The notes beneath the pieces were generated by a model. It had not been told where the DNA came from. It saw only the letters and a list, made by a program, of their open reading frames with translations, and searched no databases. Of a stretch of 40,278 nucleotides of DNA, positions 38,267 to 40,278 are shown one piece after another. Positions within the stretch are counted from its first letter, which is position 1; the number at the start of each line of letters is the position of its first letter. The position numbers and the translations under genes are program-made. Source of the DNA: an uncultured delta proteobacterium (GTDB taxonomy: Bacteria > Desulfobacterota > Binatia > UBA9968); assembly GCA_963840855.1 (NCBI GenBank), contig CAWJBB010000017.1, positions 1 through 40,278 of the forward strand. The letters are read 5' to 3'.

Positions 38267-38593
38267 ATGCCTAAGTTTCTTATGCAAGCGACGTTCAGCC
38301 CTGACGGGGTAAAAAACCTCATCGAACAGGGCGGTACAACGCGGGAGCAGCAGTTACAGGCTCTCGCGCGATCTTTGGAAGGATCGCTGGAAGCCGTTTA
38401 TTTTTCTCCGCAGCGCAACGAGGGATTCGTCATCCTCGATCTGCCAGACGGCCAGCGCATCAATTTGGCGGGCACGTTGATGGCCGTTAACGCCGGGGGA
38501 TTTGTCCAAATCAAGGCTCAGCCAGTGCTCACTGCGCGGGAGCTGGACAGCGCGATAGAGAGGGCCCGGAGCGTCAAGGTTCCCGGCAAGTAA
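38267..38593 (+). CDS. GYD domain protein (second subfamily)
   Basis: MPKFLMQATFS.DG...L...GGT.R......L..SL.G.LEAVYF, LT..ELD.A; AAGGAGG RBS. Confidence 0.8.
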   Translation: MPKFLMQATFSPDGVKNLIEQGGTTREQQLQALARSLEGSLEAVYFSPQRNEGFVILDLPDGQRINLAGTLMAVNAGGFVQIKAQPVLTARELDSAIERARSVKVPGK

Positions 38594-38733
38594 AATAGAT
38601 GGAGGCTCAGTGCGGGAGTTGCCGGCCGCTCCCGCACGGGCCAACGAAAGGTAAAAGAAAATGCCCCCGTTTGACTTTTTACTAACCTTGGCGGAAACGG
38701 CTTGCGCGCCGTTGGAGTGATTCAGGCTCGGAG

Positions 38734-39213
38734 GTGAATATGAATAGCCTTAAGGATTTTGCATGGGCCGTAATTTTCGGCGTTGTGTGCGTCGGAGGCC
38801 CATACGTCTGGGCACAGACTGGCGCTCATATAATGGTCACAGCGGCTGATCTTAAGTGGGTTGAGGTCCCGTCACTGCCGCCAGGAGCGAAGATTGCCGT
38901 CGTCGAAGGCCCGTTGAATGAGGCGGTCCCGTTTACATTCCGGCTAAGGTTCCCGGCTGACTACAAGATCCCGGCTCACTGGCACCCGGCTATTGAGCAT
39001 GTAACCGTGATTTCTGGCACGATTAATATGGGCGTCGGAGATAAGCTCGATGCGGCAAAAACCAAACCATTGCCGGCTGGAAGCGTCGCCATCATGCAAC
39101 CGAAAACGAACCATTTTCTCTGGACGAAAGAAGAAACAATCGTTCAGATACACGGGGTAGGACCCTGGGTTATCACTTACGTCAATTCCGCAGACGATCC
39201 CAGAAAGAAATGA
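38734..39213 (+). CDS. Exported cupin domain protein (DUF4437-like)
   Basis: Signal peptide, DLKW...P.LPPGA..AV..G, IPAHWHPAIEHVTVISG, QIHGVGPW.ITYVN..DDPR. Confidence 0.85.
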   Translation: MNMNSLKDFAWAVIFGVVCVGGPYVWAQTGAHIMVTAADLKWVEVPSLPPGAKIAVVEGPLNEAVPFTFRLRFPADYKIPAHWHPAIEHVTVISGTINMGVGDKLDAAKTKPLPAGSVAIMQPKTNHFLWTKEETIVQIHGVGPWVITYVNSADDPRKK

Positions 39214-39294
39214 CCTCTTAAGCAAACCGAGAAGGGACTTGAGAAGACGAGGGCCGAAACATTCGCGCGAATGAAGCTAAGGAGGATAGCTGTC

Positions 39295-40113
39295 ATGCCG
39301 ATCATCACAATCTATCAAGGCGCTTCCGGCGAAGGTCAGGAATTGGCTGAAACTGTGGCTCAGGCTCTTGGCTACCGTTGTGTCGGGCGTGAGGTGCTCG
39401 TTGAGGCGAGCCGGCGCTATGGCATACCGGAAGCAAAACTCAACGAGATCGTCGAGAAAGGCCAGCACTGGTGGGAGCGTCTGCTGCAAGATCTGCGGCC
39501 CTACCGGATCGCTCTTCAAGCTACGCTGTGCGAACTGGCTCACGACGGCAAGGTGGTTTACCACGGCCACTTAGGTCATGAGCTTTTGCCCGGTATCGGG
39601 CATGTGCTGAAAGTACTTTTGAACGCGCCGATCGAATTTCGCATCGAACAAATCCAGGCTCGGCAAAATCTGACTGACATCGCGGCGCGCCATTATATAG
39701 AAGAGGTCGATAAGGCGCGCAGCCGCCGGCTCATGGCGATGTTCGGCACGGATTGGCGCGATCCTAATCGTTATGACCTTATTCTCAATATGGGCAAAAT
39801 GCGCCGAGAGGGGGCCAAGCGTGTGATTATCGAGGCAGCAAAACTCGAAGAGTACCAGCCCACTCCGGCGACCAACCAAGCTTTCAGTGACCTCGCTCTT
39901 GGTTCTCGGGTCCATGCCGTGTTATTTGCATCGCCCGATGTACGAGGATCGTCCCTCGAAGTTCGCGCCCAGGGTGGCCATATTCACCTCAAGGGTAGAG
40001 TAGACGAAGGATTGGAAGAAGAAGTCGTAAAGCTAGTGAAAAACGTACCGGGCGTGACCGACGTGACAACAGATTTTTATTCCGTTCCGCCGGACGCGTT
40101 TTTAGGACCCTGA
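39295..40113 (+). CDS. Cytidylate kinase-like family protein with BON domain (copy 2)
   Basis: Colinear with 35748..36566, about 80% aa identity by eye; AGGAGG RBS. Confidence 0.88.
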   Translation: MPIITIYQGASGEGQELAETVAQALGYRCVGREVLVEASRRYGIPEAKLNEIVEKGQHWWERLLQDLRPYRIALQATLCELAHDGKVVYHGHLGHELLPGIGHVLKVLLNAPIEFRIEQIQARQNLTDIAARHYIEEVDKARSRRLMAMFGTDWRDPNRYDLILNMGKMRREGAKRVIIEAAKLEEYQPTPATNQAFSDLALGSRVHAVLFASPDVRGSSLEVRAQGGHIHLKGRVDEGLEEEVVKLVKNVPGVTDVTTDFYSVPPDAFLGP

Positions 40114-40199
40114 GTGCGGGCTAATCAATCGCGCTCGGTTTGTTTTTGCCGTGGCGGGCTTGACAATGAAATATTTCGTTCAGTCATGAGGAGGACACG

Positions 40200-40278
40200 A
40201 TGACCGCCAAATCACCTGATGCGAGTGAGACGGGGTCAATATTCGCGTCCGGCGAGGTCGCCGAACAATGGCGCCGTG
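40200..40278 (+). CDS. Start of a CDS truncated by the window edge (MTAKSPDASETGSIFASGEVAEQWRR...)
   Basis: GAGGAGG RBS, ATG, frame open to the end of the window. Confidence 0.6.
   Translation, partial: MTAKSPDASETGSIFASGEVAEQWRR

Overview
GC-rich bacterial chromosomal window. Gene style and the expansion of solute-binding proteins (SBPs) suggest a soil Deltaproteobacteria-like lineage such as Ca. Binatia; this is inference only. About 30 kb is a transport/catabolism region: nine ABC SBPs, one FbpB-type permease, two dpp/opp-type ABC operons, two MmgE/PrpD enzymes, an enolase-superfamily enzyme and three cupins. Next come yacG, a stand-alone lpxA and glnE, then a sigma54-preceded block with two ~80% identical cytidylate-kinase-like/BON genes enclosing a secreted Tyr/Gln-rich protein, two GYD proteins and a fourth cupin. 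Intergenic spaces are full of palindromic repeat families. The strongest signal is an IS110 element (23340-24504) inserted into one copy of the commonest repeat (CACGAAG family). Its non-coding left end carries a loop whose two arms match both sides of the reconstructed insertion site, as expected for a bridge RNA. The C-terminal half of its recombinase is replaced by a REP doublet. Four +1 frameshifts in otherwise intact genes look like sequencing errors.
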